Assembly (NCBI GenBank): GCA_951406725.2
Contig: OX597817.1
Span: forward strand, 106,702,001 to 106,766,000
Length of the DNA: 64,000 nucleotides
Direction: 5' to 3'
From: Octopus vulgaris
Taxonomy: Eukaryota
Shown: piece after piece, positions 9,433 to 23,776 of the stretch
How the letters are laid out: the number at the start of each line of letters is the position of its first letter
Numbering within the stretch: the stretch's first letter is position 1
The notes under the pieces: generated by a model
Seen by the model: the letters and a program-made list of their open reading frames with translations, nothing else
What the model was told of the DNA's origin: nothing
Database searches by the model: none
Position numbers and translations under genes: made by a program

Positions 9433-10735
9433 TAGCTCATAAAAATTCTAAGAATACTTACTAACAGTAATTATATATACTTTGTTTTCAAGTAATTCTT
9501 CAAGAAAATGCTACATGTTTGTTGTCACTGAAATCTTGGTGCATATCCACATGTAGCTTCAGTCTACAGGATGATGACTGGAATGCTTCTGATCATAAGT
9601 TTGCTAAGATAGAGTTGCCGTGGTGCTAAACAATAATATATCATTTCTTTCAAGATTCTTCTACATATTGTAGTTTACTTATGTGCATGCTGAGGAGCAA
9701 GATGAGTATGCTGGATAGGTAGCTTACATAAAAAAGAAAAAAATTAGGATTGGATTGAGAAATGAGGGAAAAAGGAACCCAACAAACCAACTGCATTCTA
9801 ATATAAATTAAGCAGATCTGTTAAACAGCTAAGAAGGAGCAACTATGCTGTCAGTTGATTTACAAGAAATAGCAGTCAATTTACCTTCAAAATACACTCC
9901 ACTGTCTAAAAAAGAATGGAAGGATACTTTGGACAATGTAATTCTAAGTATGTAAATATGAGAATGTCAAAGCTAGAATGTTTTTGATCCTTGGTCTACT
10001 GATCGAGTAGACAATAGCATTTAAAACTTTTCAGTCAAATAATTCAGTGACTTCATTCATATTGATTTAGGGGCAAGATAACACTACTATCCCAATGAGA
10101 GACATGGAATGCACTAAAAATATAATATTTAGTAGTGAGCCACTTTTAGGTTAAGTGTGTAACATGAATTATTCAAATAAACATAAATGGATTTTTTACA
10201 GCTTAGTTAAGAGAAGAGGAAGGATTTTACCCACAAGCTTTTTTAAAACCTCTAAAATTGGTGGAAAAGAAAGGAAGAAATCATGACTCATTAGCTGTTC
10301 TTAGAACAGCATAGGCAACCTTTTTTGATGACACATGGCTTGTCATGTAGATTACACTACTTAAAAATTTTCAAGGTAATTCTTTCTTAGGCATGCCGTT
10401 CAGAAAGTTTTGTGGGCTGCCCTTACAAGAAATTCAGTTGGGTTACTTGACTAGAGACCTGATTCAAATTCTTGCAACAGAAGGAGCTTTACTTTAGGCA
10501 CACAAAAAAGCAGCCAGGTTTGGATCTACCTGAGGCTTTTGGTAGAAGATACCATGCAGCAGGACAAATGTCGAAGCACAGAGTTGCGAAGCAAATATCT
10601 TAACCATACTCATCATTTAACACCTGTCTTCCATGTTGGTGTGGGTTTGACAAGATCTGATGAGTTGGCAGACCACATTGAGCTTCAGCATTTGTCCTAA
10701 CATGGTTTCTACAGGTGGATGCCCTTCCTAATACC

Positions 10736-10966
10736 TATTTCTTTATTACCCACAAGGGGCTACACACAGAGGGGACAAACAAGGACAGACATAGGTATTA
10801 AGTCGATTACATCGACTCCAGTGCGTAACTGGTACTTTATTTATCGACCCCGAGAAGATGAAAGGCAAAGTCGACCCCGGCGGAAATTGAACTCAGAACG
10901 TAACGACAGACGAAATACCGCTAAGTATTTCGTCCGGCGCGCTAACGTTTCTGCCAGCTCGCCGCC
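10736..10966 (-). mobile_element. Young tRNA-SINE with Nin/Deu-like domain, nested in an RTE-tail SINE. Older copies at ~20965, 21675, 46350, 53047, 53255, 60560 and 60900
   Basis: Minus GGCGGCGAGCTGGCAGAAACGTTAG...GTCGACTTTGCCTTTCATC...GGGGTCGATAAATAAAGTACCAG. Flanked by direct repeat CCTTCCTAATACC (10723-10735, 10965-10977). Confidence 0.85.
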
Positions 10967-11024
10967 TTCCTAATACCAATCAGTTTGGAGTGTACTAAAA
11001 GTGCATGTTGGAGCTCTTAATATC

Positions 11025-11698
11025 GGATCTTTTGTTTGGCTGCCAATTTTCAATTTCTGTTCCAATTGATTTCATATTTCGTGTATGCTAATCTTTGACA
11101 TAAAATTCATTTTTGCCATAAACCAATAAGTAAAGAGTTAATAGCTTTTAAAGTTTGCAAATTTTGAGTAATTTTAGCCAACTGAAAGCTACAGACATAT
11201 AGGTGTCGGTTTCCATGGTAACAAGCCAAGCTGCTATTCACGCGGTCATTTTTGGTTTACTGGATGCTGGTCGTGAAATGTGCTAAAAATAATAGCTAAG
11301 TAGGCCTTAAATCAGACATCAATTTTATTTTGTTTGTTTTGGTTTTTGCATAATTGTATGAATTCCCGTGTGTAGAATACAAATTCGGAAAAATTTTCTG
11401 AAAATTCCAAAAAAAGTTATGAGGAGTTATATGACGTGCGTAAAACAGAATTCCGCCAATATTTAATGTTTAGTTGACAACATGTGCTGTTACGCACAAA
11501 ATCACAGCTTCCAAATCCTGTTTTCTGACTGGGTAAAAAGGATCAAACTTTAAACCTCTGGAACTTTTTAAAAAACTTTTCTGGAAGAAGTGAATTATCT
11601 CCTGAGATTCAGCGTGGAAAATTACATCAGTTCACCAAATATTAACATTTTCACTAAACTTCGAAATTTCAAGAGGACCAACCAAACAGAAGAGATCC
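11025..11698. mobile_element. Non-autonomous DNA transposon (MITE-like), superfamily unresolved
   Basis: Imperfect terminal inverted repeats GGATCTTTTGTTTGG / CCAAACAGAAGAGATCC; non-coding, CpG-retaining interior; no clear TSD. Confidence 0.5.
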
Positions 11699-12989
11699 CC
11701 AGGATCTCCTGATGAAAGCACATCCGTCACATATATTTCTCGCACCAGATGCATCGCCCCCTCCCTGCAATTATTGATACTTAACTAAAAGATAGGTGTA
11801 GCTCACAATGCAGTATTACACTCATACTTGGGACGGTGCTGTTGCTGCAAACTCAGGCATTCTAGATAGGAACCACCCGATCGATGGGTATAAAGTCACT
11901 CTGTTTAACAGGCGAACTGTATCTCTTACTTTTGCCCACCGCTACTATAATGGTTTCTATTCCCTGGAGCTGATTAGACTCATGCTATTTCCATTCCACA
12001 CGCTTTCCTTCCCCTCATTACTGATATGTTCAATCTTTCATACCCAGTTCTTGTGTGGAGAATGTCGGTCCACAGGAATTCCCTTCCAGCTTATATCTTT
12101 CTCCCAAGATGCTGTCTGTCCCTTCCTTCCAACCCAGCAAGTAAAATAAATAAATTAATACCTCAAGAGAAGCTCACTAATAACGGGGAAAGTAAAATAA
12201 AATAAAAAACAACTTAAATTGCCGAAACGATAAAAGTAGATGCTTTGAAATAATTAGAATCACTATCTTCATTCTCAAAACCATAATGATAGCATTTAGT
12301 TAACCTAACACTGTTGAAAATAAGACATTTCCTATTATAAAAAATGTAAAACATAAATTGAAAAAAGATTATGTATGAAAAAATTTTCGAAGATCAAACA
12401 CTTCGTTTCGGTAATTCAGAATGCCAGATTATTTTTTTACAGTCTCTATTTATTGCATATTTCATTTTTTCAGTAAAAAAAATAAAGATTTCTTTATTTT
12501 TTTAATTAGGAAGTTAGAATTTGGTTAATACAATGTAACTTCTGTAAAAAAAAATATATATATATATATATATAAGAATCTAGTGTCTATAAATTAAATA
12601 TAGCGAAAAAGATTCGTAAAGTTACTATGTGGTGAGGCGAGGCGAATTTTGATGTTCGGGGCAGGTTCCTTGTTCGTCAAAATCCACTTGCCACAATTGT
12701 ACATGAACCTATTTTAGTGTACGATTCTTTATAATGTGTGAAATTGCTATTTCTATTTTTAAAAGTTTTTGACTGTTTCCCCATGAAGCCCTATTCGTTT
12801 CAATTACAACGAGTGTTTTGCATTTGAAATACAAAGATAATAAAGATTTTTGTTCTAGCTTCAGAAAAAAAGGTGACTAATCAAATAATTATTTCAGCAC
12901 AACACATACCTAAAACTAACATTAGCATTCAAGTAGGTTAGACTACAGGGACCCTCATCTAGACTGACAGTGATTATTGCCCCTTTAGA

Positions 12990-13138
12990 AACCCGGAAGT
13001 ACATCATATGACGTTAGTCTAGTGTTACAATTGTACCACATTGTTTGGGCGCGAAAGCGCTAATATTTTACAAATAAATTGTTTTCTTTATATTCCTAAT
13101 ATTTCATCCTGGCGGCAGCAACTACTTCCTCGAGCACA
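12990..13138 (+). promoter_or_regulatory. CDK9 promoter/5'UTR region
   Basis: Local CpG enrichment, ETS site CCGGAAGT (12993-13000), CRE-like TGACGTTA (13009-13016), second ETS ACTTCCGG just inside intron 1. Confidence 0.55.
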
Positions 13139-13230
13139 ATGAATACCAAGTACGATGATTTGGAATACCCATACTGTGATGATGTGAACAAATTTGATAA
13201 ACTTGCTAAGATCGGACAGGGGACTTTCGG
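13139..13230 (+). CDS. CDK9: Cyclin-dependent kinase 9, exon 1 (92 nt)
   Basis: MNTKYDDLEYPYCDDVNKFDKLAKIGQGTFG with Gly-rich loop; donor GG|gtaatt, phase 2. Missed by the ORF track. Confidence 0.95.
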
Positions 13231-14523
13231 GTAATTATGGTGTATTTATATTCTACTTCCGGTCCTTTCGTTCATTTTATTTTTTTGTTCAAATAATTAG
13301 ACACGAAATATACTTCATTTATCGATTCTATACATAATTCAATTAAAATAAATTTTAGCGACGTAAACTCTAGTCTAACTTTTCAAGTTAATGTTTGTTT
13401 TTCTATTATCATTGCTAGGATCTGAGCATGTTTTCATATGAAAGACGAGTATATTAAAAGGAGTAGCTCATTGTTTTTCGCGTTTCCCCACAAACTAAAA
13501 ATTGTCTTGTGACGGATTTGTTCTCGGCGAAAAAATTTTGGCATTCTCTTGAAAGTTGTTGAAAAGAAATAAAAGAAAAGAAGAGAGTGTAATTTCGTTT
13601 TGTTTCAAATGATTCAACCACGTGGTATTTTAAAACAAATCGCTTAAAGCTTTAGGTTTTACTTTATCATATAATTCCCTACTGAGATCTCAGTAATTCT
13701 AGGTTAACTTTGACTTATGTAACTCTTGTACACACGTTCAGCCCAGGTTAAACTCAGCCATGATCATCTAGTATTTTGTGTACCGTTATCCAATATAGCC
13801 TTCATTTAAGATGGTAGGGTGAGATTTGGTTGCTATTTCTTACAGCTTAGATGGCTAAGTAGAGGTCCCATCATTGGTTCATAGATTTTATATGTGTATT
13901 CAGAAGTATAGTTGTATAAAATATTAACGAGCCTTGCCTTATTTCTTTTAAAACTGTGATCATTAATAAATTTACGTTCGTTGTTGTTTAACTTTAGCTC
14001 ATATACAACGAATCTAAAGATGAAAGCCATTCTAGCCGTGACCAGGGAACAAGGTTGCATTTCTTTTTCGACTAGTGTATGATTTGATCGAGATTGGTTA
14101 TTATTTTTAGCATCCACGACTGCGTGGACACTTCCTCATTCAATGATTCATACACTTCATTGTTTATGTATCCTGTGTAAAAAAATATTTTTCATTTTCT
14201 TGAATCAGTTTTCGGTAATGATTGCTGTAGCGATGATCTCATTGTAATGCGAATGTGTCGTGGTCGGCGTTTCATCGCATTTGATTTCGTCACAAACTAC
14301 GATGATTCTATTGTAATCTTTTCTACGACAGGAAGTCATTAGTTCCACCAAAGAACGATTAGCATTCTTTCATTTTATTTTTCTTGCGTCCCTGACCAAA
14401 AGAACCTATACTACCATTTTCATCACTGACCTTTTGATCGAATCCATGTAGACTTTATTGGATTGTCATCACAACATATAATGTGCACTTATCTTTTCTC
14501 TAGAGTGAACAATCCTACTTTAT

Positions 14524-14577
<54 letters not shown>

Positions 14578-14929
14578 TATGTAGATAGGGTTATAATCCG
14601 AATTGTGTCCTCTTGAAGCACATCTACTTATTCCAATAAATCGTATGTAGATTTAATATTTCTGTAAGGTATGCACAAAAGTTAGAAAATACTTGAAAAT
14701 ATTTTTTGTAGAGTAATTGCATATCAAAATAGGATGTTAGAAAAAATTGGTATTATTTAGTCATCATTGCACGTATTTCATTTGCTAATAGGAGTTACAA
14801 AACTGTACATGTAGGAGAAACATGTAAGACATCGATTAAAAATTCTTCAGACAGAGAATCAAATAATACAAAAAAGTCTACCAAGCCATAATAGTGAAGT
14901 CTCAATGATTATTTGTGAGAACAGTATGC

Positions 14930-15780
14930 TGATAATCCAGTTCTTATAGCAGAATTTGTGGAAGATTTGGAAAAGTTCTTGATATGAAAGAAAAACTTGG
15001 AAATGAAAGTAAGCTTGGTCATGTCTAAAATTGTATTAAATAGAAAAGAAATCAGGACTCTGATGCTGTCAGGGGAATGGCTATGCTCAGTATACAGAAA
15101 AGGAATAGATAGAAACTCCTTACCTTGTACCTTGTATAAACAATCAATATAAAAGTAACAGTAAAGATAACTTTTGTATATGCTAGATGTACCAGAGTAT
15201 TAAGTATGACATGCACCATGGAAGCAGTTTCTTGTGGCTCCCAAGGCTCTCTGGAAGTAGTCAATGGCTTTTATAACCTAGAAAACCTATTTGGTGGGTG
15301 GGTGCTGTGAAAGCATAGTGGCCCAAGTAAGAATAAGGTGGAAAAAATTCAGGGAGCTACTATTGCTACTAGCAATAAAGGGCTTCTCCTTCAAAGTGAA
15401 GGGCAGATTGTAAGATGCTTGTGTGTAAAGTGAAGTGCTACATGGTAATGAGGCCTGGGCCCTGGATACAGAGGTTTTGTGGAGGCTCCAAATAAATGAA
15501 ACAAGCATACGTCGTTGAATGTATGCTTACACTGACATGTGTGAATAATGCAGTACAAATGACTTGGGAGAAAAGCTGTATATAAAAGACATCAGAAGTA
15601 GTTTGCAAGAGAGAACACTGTTAGTATGAGCACTTGATGTGTATGGATGGCAACAGCTACATAAAAAGATGCAGAGCACTCAAAGTGGATGGTGCTTGAG
15701 GTAAAGAAAACTGATCCCAAGATGCTGAATCTCACTAAAATGTGAATAGAAAGAAACAATTAGTGCTTAAGCAAGCATGG
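14930..15780 (+). mobile_element. Degenerate RTE-like LINE fragment in CDK9 intron 1
   Basis: GGCCESIVAQVRIRWKKFRELLLLLAIKGFSFKVKGRL*DACV*SEVLHGNEAW, homologous to 63830-64000. Confidence 0.75.
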
Positions 15781-16729
15781 CAGAAATAAAGGAGAATGTT
15801 GATGGCTGGGATATTTTTGTTGCACTTATCTGTTATATTATTCTACTTCCTTCTCTCACTGTGTTTCTCTTCCGCAGGCTTCTTTCCTAGAATGCTTTCT
15901 CTACATTCATCATCTCTTTCCCCCTCTTCTTTCCTTCATCTCTGTTCATGCTGCATATATTCTCTACTCCCTTAACTCTATGGTACTTGCCAGTCTCACT
16001 TCTCTTTGCAGCATTCACCTATCTTGAATGCTTCCTTCACATTCATTTCACTTCTTCTATGGTACCATTTAGCCCTTCCTTCCCCCAGTTTCTTTACTAC
16101 TTTAATACCTCATCACTTCCTCTCTGACCTACATACATGACCCCTACACTTGTCTTTCATTTAGTGACCTGCAAATCCTTACCACTCATCTCTTTCTTTC
16201 ATGTTCTCTTTTCCTCACACCTGTAGTCATCCTTATAGCACTAGATACTCCACCCCCACACACAATTCATCACATTCACCTTTACTATTCTGTCCCTGTC
16301 TCATTAAACCTTAACATTAACCCTTTCTCTTTTCCTTGTCCCTTCCATACTCCCTCCCCCAACAGTGCCTCTCCACCACCACCCTATAAATCTGTTCCTC
16401 ATCATTACATTACTCTCATCACCATGCCTAAGATCATCACACTCTCTCCTATTCTCTTTTCAGTTATGGGGGCTCTTTAGGTTTTTTGCTTTTGCAGGTT
16501 GCAAGGTAACCTATGAAGAAAAGTATTTAAAGTGTTTAGCATTAGGAAAGACATCCAGCTTTAGAAACCATGCCAAAATTAAGACAATAAATCCAATGCA
16601 GTCCTCTGGCTCAGATTATCTTGTTGAAAATTTCAAATCACTTCTGCATGGAAAGTAAGCATAAAATGATTTTATATATAAACAAATACAAAATAGATAT
16701 AGAAATACATAAATATATATCCCTTTAAA

Positions 16730-17112
16730 AATGGGAAAGGTTGGTTTATAGGATTACCTTAAGTTTCCCGGCATATCATCAGACTCCAAAACCTGTTGGT
16801 CTATGACCTCTTCAAAAGATAAAGAGCGGGGAAAGCCTCGTTACTCAAAGGTAAACAATTAGGAATTATCTCCCTTCGCTGTTGGCTATTGATTTCTGGT
16901 TGTGCCATCATCTTGTGGGCCCCAAATAGCTAAAATGTAAACAGGGCCCAAAAATCTCCCTTCTGTAGTTGAGGATGTTCCGTGGTTTGAACGATCATCT
17001 CTTACTTGCCAGGCATGTGGTAGTAGCAAATATTCAAATGATGTTGCGGAACTCTGAAGGAAGGCCTGTGGTTGGAGACACGTTGCTTGAAAGAATTCTC
17101 AGAACATCCGAT
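16730..17112 (-). mobile_element. Diverged PLE 3' fragment (GIY-YIG end plus family-B hammerhead-like motif at ~16743-16795)
   Basis: Aligns by eye to 2860-3360. Minus GGAGU-CUGAUGA-UAUGCCGG-GAAA-CUUAAGG-UA, with stem II largely deleted. Confidence 0.7.
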
Positions 17113-18589
17113 ATATATGTGAATGACATGCACATACACACACAGACATATGTATGGCTATGTGGTTCACTTCACAATCATAGTACTGGGTTCAGTTCTG
17201 CTACATACATCATGGGCATGTATCTTCTACTATAGCTTTTGAGTCGATAGATACCTCAATGAGAATTTGCTAGAAACTGCTGCAGCACATCATGCGCATG
17301 TGAGTGTGTGTGTTTATCTACAAACCAGTAAAAGAATAAGACAGGTGCACACACACAATCTTACACTTGTGAATGTGAGATCTTTGAATTTGCTGAAAAC
17401 ATATACTAGGTTCCTCGTTTCAGGATTTCTTGAAGCCTAGATCTGGTGTAGGGGATTGTTTAGCTAAGGAATTGGGTTTTTCTTTAAATGTGTTTTGTAT
17501 TTGTTATTAAACCATTGCAACATTGCTTGGATTTCACAACATAACCATCCTAACTTCACTCCTTTGTATCCTCCATTGATAATTTGTTAAATCCAGATTC
17601 AGATTGGAGTTGTTCACTTTCTGATAACTAAAAACTCCAAGATATGTGGTACACTGCTATACCCAAGAAGACCGACTTGCTGCAACAGAATTGAGATCCT
17701 AAAACCAAGGTACCACATAAAAAGCATTGATGATGTAAGTGCTGGTGCCACTTAAGAAGCATTCAGTACACTCTGTAGAGTGCTTGACATTAGGAAGGGC
17801 ATCTAACCATAGAAATCAAGCCAAAACAAACTATAGAACCAGGTGCAGCCCCTGGCCTTGCCTGTTCCTATCAAACCATCCAACCCATGCCAGCATGGAA
17901 AACAGATATTAAATGTTGTTGATGATGATGATGGTGATATGACAATGAAGACTATGCCAAAAAATGGAACATACAAGTGAAATATGGGCTCTGCATGTTG
18001 TATTAGAGGCTACTAGTGTAGGAGTAAGAACTGATAAAGAGTAGCAAGGGCTCTTTTAATCCCACTACAGACATCCTCTCTAGTGCTGTGGCACATTAAA
18101 ATGCATCCAATCCAGTTTGCAACAACAAAGACAAAGAGTTTTCTCTGTTGCTGTGTGAGCCTGAAAAGGGGGATTGTGATGAGACAGACCTATCCATATC
18201 ATGTCACCATAGAAAAATGAAATGAATGTAAAAATTGAGGTTCTTTTTGTTACTAGTTAAGTTTCACTTCCATAAAGAAACACAAAACTCATCAAAGTAA
18301 GTGCAGCTACTGTAGTATTGCAGCTGTAATTCAATGTTCTTTTAATAATTGATATACCATGTGATGAGTTTGTTCTTTCTCACTTTAGTTAGAGGCTGAA
18401 CTGCAGCATTGTTTATAGAATAAAGCCATTGGTACACAGATCTCTTGTCATTACTTATAATGGTTTATTTATGAATCAGATATGGACAGAGTTTTAAGTC
18501 ATGAAAGAATCAATACAAATCCTTCTCAATCAACATTGTCCTCCATGTTAAAATTTTGCAAATTTTCCTTACCTCAACAGAATACACAC

Positions 18590-19680
18590 TCTCAAACTTT
18601 GTATTTCACAAAGTATTTGACAGGGTCCTATACTCTGTAATCTGCTGTCTTCTGTGGAAGTTAGGGGTAGAGGAATAACTAGTATGAGCCTTACAAGCCA
18701 TGTACAAAAGCAAGGTGAAAGTGGTGAGGTTAGTCACAGGTGTTCATCTGGGCTCAGTCCTCAGTTTCCTTTTATTGGCATCCATCACTCTCTTACCATT
18801 TTTTGTACTACCATAACAGAAAACTTTAATATTGGATCTGTAGCAGGTTTAGAGAAGAAAGTAATCTTAGCAAAATCAAGTTTTAGGAAGTAGGAAAGAA
18901 AGCAGGGCCCTGATATCATCAGAGAAGTGGACAAGCTTCATATACAAAAATGGAATAGTAGAAATTTTATATGGTGTACCCTGTGTAACTTTGGATGTAC
19001 AAGATCTACTGGTATCACAGGTAGGCTGATAGAGAAGGTAGACTTTGTATGTTGCGGGGGGTACAGACTAATAAAGACTGTGAACATACAGGAGATAGAA
19101 TCTCTCAAATGCTCAGGAGGCTTCCTTGAGGTTGATGATAGATTTTGTTATCTAGGTGTCCCAATTAGAAATGGATATGTATGCTCTAGAAGCATAATAA
19201 TCAATGTAAGAAAAGGGTGGAAAAGGTTCAGGGTGTTATTACCTTTGCTGGAAACAACATTTCTTTCTGAGTAAAGGGCAGATTGTATACTGATTGCATA
19301 TGAAGTGCTTTGTAGCAAGGTAGCAAAATGTAGACCTTGAATGCAGAGGATGTGTGAAAGCTAAAAAGAAATGAAATGAGCCTGCTCCACTGCATGGGAA
19401 ATATTAGCATGCATGAACTGAGACAAAAACTGGTTGTAAAAGGAACCAGATGCCATGTACAAGATAGAAGACTACACTGTAACAATATATAAGGAGGATG
19501 ATGTCTAAAAAAAATGCTAAGTACCCCAAGTTAATCAAACCTGTAGAAGAGGAAGAGAAGACAAAATGATGTAAGACTGATCTCAAGATGTTGCATCTCA
19601 CTGAGGAAATTACAGAGGACTGCAGTTATTGATGACATGCTGTGCTACAAAACACTTACTCTCCCACTCAAGCATGGTGA
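18590..19680 (+). mobile_element. Degenerate RTE-like LINE fragment
   Basis: KVFDRV...GITGRLIEKVDFVC...LEVDDRFCYLG...VRKGWKRFRVLLPLL; same family as 63000-64000. Confidence 0.75.
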
Positions 19681-20149
19681 AAATCTATTAAAATAGTGAT
19701 GGTAGGGATATATAATATTGCATGTAGTTCTCTGTCCCTGCTAGTTTCCTGCTTCCCATTTTGCCTTTTTATTTCTCTCACTTTCTCTCCTAGTCAGTAT
19801 TCCATGCCACTGCTGTAATAAGGGAAACATTGTATCTGTTCATGCCCACTCCCCTACTAACACCATTCATATCTCTTTTTTTATCTGTTACTCCCCTCCT
19901 ATACTGCTTGCCATCTTTCTCTCTCACCTTCCTATAATGCCAATCATCACTCCTCCTTCAGGTCACCCTTTTATTAGATTCATTGCCACCTTGACTATTT
20001 GCCTCTTCCAGTATTCCATTATACTTCTATATACCTTGCTATCATCCTCTCTCCTTCACATGATGCATTTCTGATATCAGTTACCCTAAACCATTACTGC
20101 TTCTCTCTCTCTCCCTCTCCCCTCCCTCTCTCTCACATTACATTAATGG

Positions 20150-20620
20150 AAGGTCCAAATGTTATAAGTAGATAAAAGAAAACAAGGTACTTGAGGAACC
20201 TGGGCAATATCACTTGGATTGGCCAGGTTGTCTGGTCCATTCTCCTTGTGCTCTCATCATTCTCCTCCATGTTGTTCCAAACATTTTTTCGTAAATCATC
20301 TTCCCACCTGATTGGAGGTTTTCCAAGTGGTCTTTTCCACTTGTGTGGATACCACTTGACAACTGCATGACTCCACCAATTGTCTGTGAACATTGCAACA
20401 TGACCAGCTCATCATAGTTTTGTGTGGTGGTATTCTGTGACAATGTCCTTCACACTAGTTCTATTCCTGATTTCCTCATTCCAAGTGTGATCTCTTAGCA
20501 AGATTTCCAATATTGACCTTTCCATGGCTCTCTGTGCCATAAGATGTTGGTCTCTCTTTGTCAAGGCCCAAGTCTCACATGTATATAGCTTTGCAGGCTG
20601 TGCTGTTGAAGAGATTGGTG
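20150..20620 (-). mobile_element. 3' fragment of a second RTE-clade LINE
   Basis: DNWWSHAVVKWYPHKWKRPLGKPPIRWEDDLRK, typical RTE C-terminal R-x-x-G-x-P-x-x-R-W motif. Confidence 0.7.
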
Positions 20621-20664
20621 CGAGTTGCGTTGTCTAGGTTCGCCTTCAGCACAATGTAAAATTA

Positions 20665-20885
<221 letters not shown>

Positions 20886-23776
20886 TCATTTTATGTCTGC
20901 TTTTTCTTATTGACATGGATTGGACAAAAATTTATTTGAGACAACATTTTTGGCTGGATAGGGTGATGAGCTGGTAGAATTGTTAGCATGCTTAGTGGCA
21001 TTTCATTCATCTGTGCAGTCTGAGGTCAATAAAATAAGTACTAGTTGGACCCTGGGATCAATGTAATTGATTTACCCCTCCCCTTAATTTGCTGGCCTTG
21101 TGCCAAAATTTGAAACCAATATTTTATGGCTGGATGCTCTTCTTGTTGCCAACACTTACATGTTTTTCAAGTAAGATCTTTTTATTCTACTAGTCTTCAC
21201 AAGTGCAGAGCTACAAGACATTGTTTACAGGGAGTAAAGAGATATATACATGCATGCACTCAGTTATTACTAGTGGAAGTGTTTGATTTATTTTCCTTCT
21301 ATAATTGTTTCATTAAGGGTTGTTTTATGTCTTTAGACAATGAATGTCCAAAAGGTTATTATTTCCGGCTATTTTCACCAATTTGTAATCATTGCTTTGT
21401 TCTTGATCAATATTAGTTGAATCTTGCAAATACTAAATAGCATGTCCATTACTTGGTATAATCCTTTCAAAACAAAATAAAATAGCAGCTATTGTTTAAA
21501 CACAGGTTGTTCTTAATTGGGTTGGCCTTTGATCAAAGACTGCTTTTATCTCATCTATGTCCTTTGTGCAGAAAACCCCCTCAAACATAAACAGTTCTTC
21601 AGTTTGGAAGGAAAACTACTTGTATGATGAAGTTAACCTTCCATAATTAATCCATATAGTCACAATACTTTGAGAGGTGGCAAATTGGCAGAATTGCTTG
21701 AGTGTTGGATAAAATGCCTTTTGACAGCTGTCTCAGATCACTGTGCTCCAAATTCAAATCCTGTTATGGTCAGCTTTGTTTTTCATCCTTTCAGGGTTGA
21801 TAAAACAGAGTACCAGACCATAGTAGTGATTGGGAGGGATTGTTAGAGCATAATTTGAAATTCCTTGTATCTGTTCCATCACTGTATTCTGACTTCAAAA
21901 TCTGCCACCTCTCACTGGAAAATGGTAAATAAAAGGGCTTTTTGGGGACATTGGAAAAAATGGTGAGAAGCTTGAGAAGGTCTTAAATAAGTGCTCATTT
22001 CAGTTTACCACACTCAACACCAGCTGTTAATAGAGAATGCAAGGGAACTTTCAAGTCCTGTACTTAAATTTTCTTAGGGATTTAAATAGTTCTTTTCTGT
22101 TAAATCAACACCCATTGATTGCTTTGATGATTATCATTTTCAGTTTTACTGTATGAAGTTGGATGTGTTTATGGTTCATTCTAATGTCACAATATTGTAA
22201 ATTAGCAGTAGTAATACACAGTCTTGTCTAGAGATAATTATAAACTAAAATAAATGCAGTCATATAGATTTACTATATTTTATATAAATTGATTTAAAAA
22301 GGTGCTGACAATCATCAGTTAGTTCAGGACTGTTGATTCACTTAAAATTGCTTACAAAATGTGCAAATAAATAATGAATGGCAGTGCATCAGCATGGCCG
22401 CAGCTCTGAGCTGAAGCTACAGAAAAAAAGAAAAAATGCTGCACATAATTGAATGAAGCAAGTATGTCACCGAAGAGCCTTTTAACAACACACAATGCTA
22501 TTAAATTCTCTTTGAATTTATTTTAGATGTTGAAATTTAATGAAATAAATTTAAAGTGAATTTAACCCATTGACTGTCCTATGGGTCACATGAAACACAA
22601 GACATATTTCCTTGACGTCCCTGCATTGTGTATGAGTGACGTTTTATCTTTTATCATTTATTTGTTTCAGTCACTGGACAGCAGCCATGGTGGGGCACTG
22701 TCTTGAAGGGTTAAGTTGAACAAATCAACCCCAGTACTTATGTTTTTTTTTAAGCCTGGTACTTATTCTAGTGGTCTCTTTTTGCCAAACTGTTAAGTTA
22801 CAAGGACATAAACAAACCAACATTGTCAAGTGGTGGTGGGGACAAACATAAATACACTCCCACACATATATACATACACAATGGTCTTTCAGTTTTCATC
22901 TACTAAATCCTCTTGCAAGGCTTTGGTCAGCCTGTCACTATAGTAGAAGACACTCGCCCAAGGTGCCACACCGTGGGCCTGAACCTGAGACCATGTGCTT
23001 GGGAATCAAATTTCTTATCACACAGCCACATCTGTGCCTATTTCCAATTTTTCTCAATCACTACAGTAACTTGGGACACACAAAAGGAAAGCTTTATATT
23101 TACTCAGAATGTATGAAACAAAGGCTAACTAAAAGTCTGAAAACAAACATGGACATGTTGAACAAGTTTTTGAAAATGCTCTGGACAGGCAAAAGGTTAA
23201 TAGCCTTATGTGTTACTAAACTGCTCTTCCACAATGTAGTTGCTTTAATTTCAAAACAATCTCTTAGATTAAGTCGCAGATAAATACAACTCCCAAAATA
23301 CTTTATTAGTAACTTTTTCTAATGTCTTACTATGTTTGTGGATATTATATTCTTTGTTTTTGTAAGAATATAGAAATCATTGGGAAAATGTCATGTAGTC
23401 TATGATTTTACTCCTTGAAAAGATGTGCTTCCGTGCAAAATTTCAGCTGCTTGGGTAAAAGACTGTGATTTACAACTTGCAACATACTGTATTGTTTTGG
23501 TGTATAAGACACACTCTTATTTTACAGGGATATTTTGTGGGAGAACATTTAATGTGTCATCATATACCTATTGAAAGACATTTTGAAGTGGTATTGTAGG
23601 GAAAAAAATGAATGATTCTGTGCAAATATAAACAATATTGTGACAAGATATTGGAATAAAGTATGAAAGTATAAATAAACTATGTTATGGGAGTACTGAA
23701 TTTTACTTCTTTCACTTTAGTGACTGGAAAAATTGGGAATGTGTATCATATATGATATATGGATGCCAACAAAATA

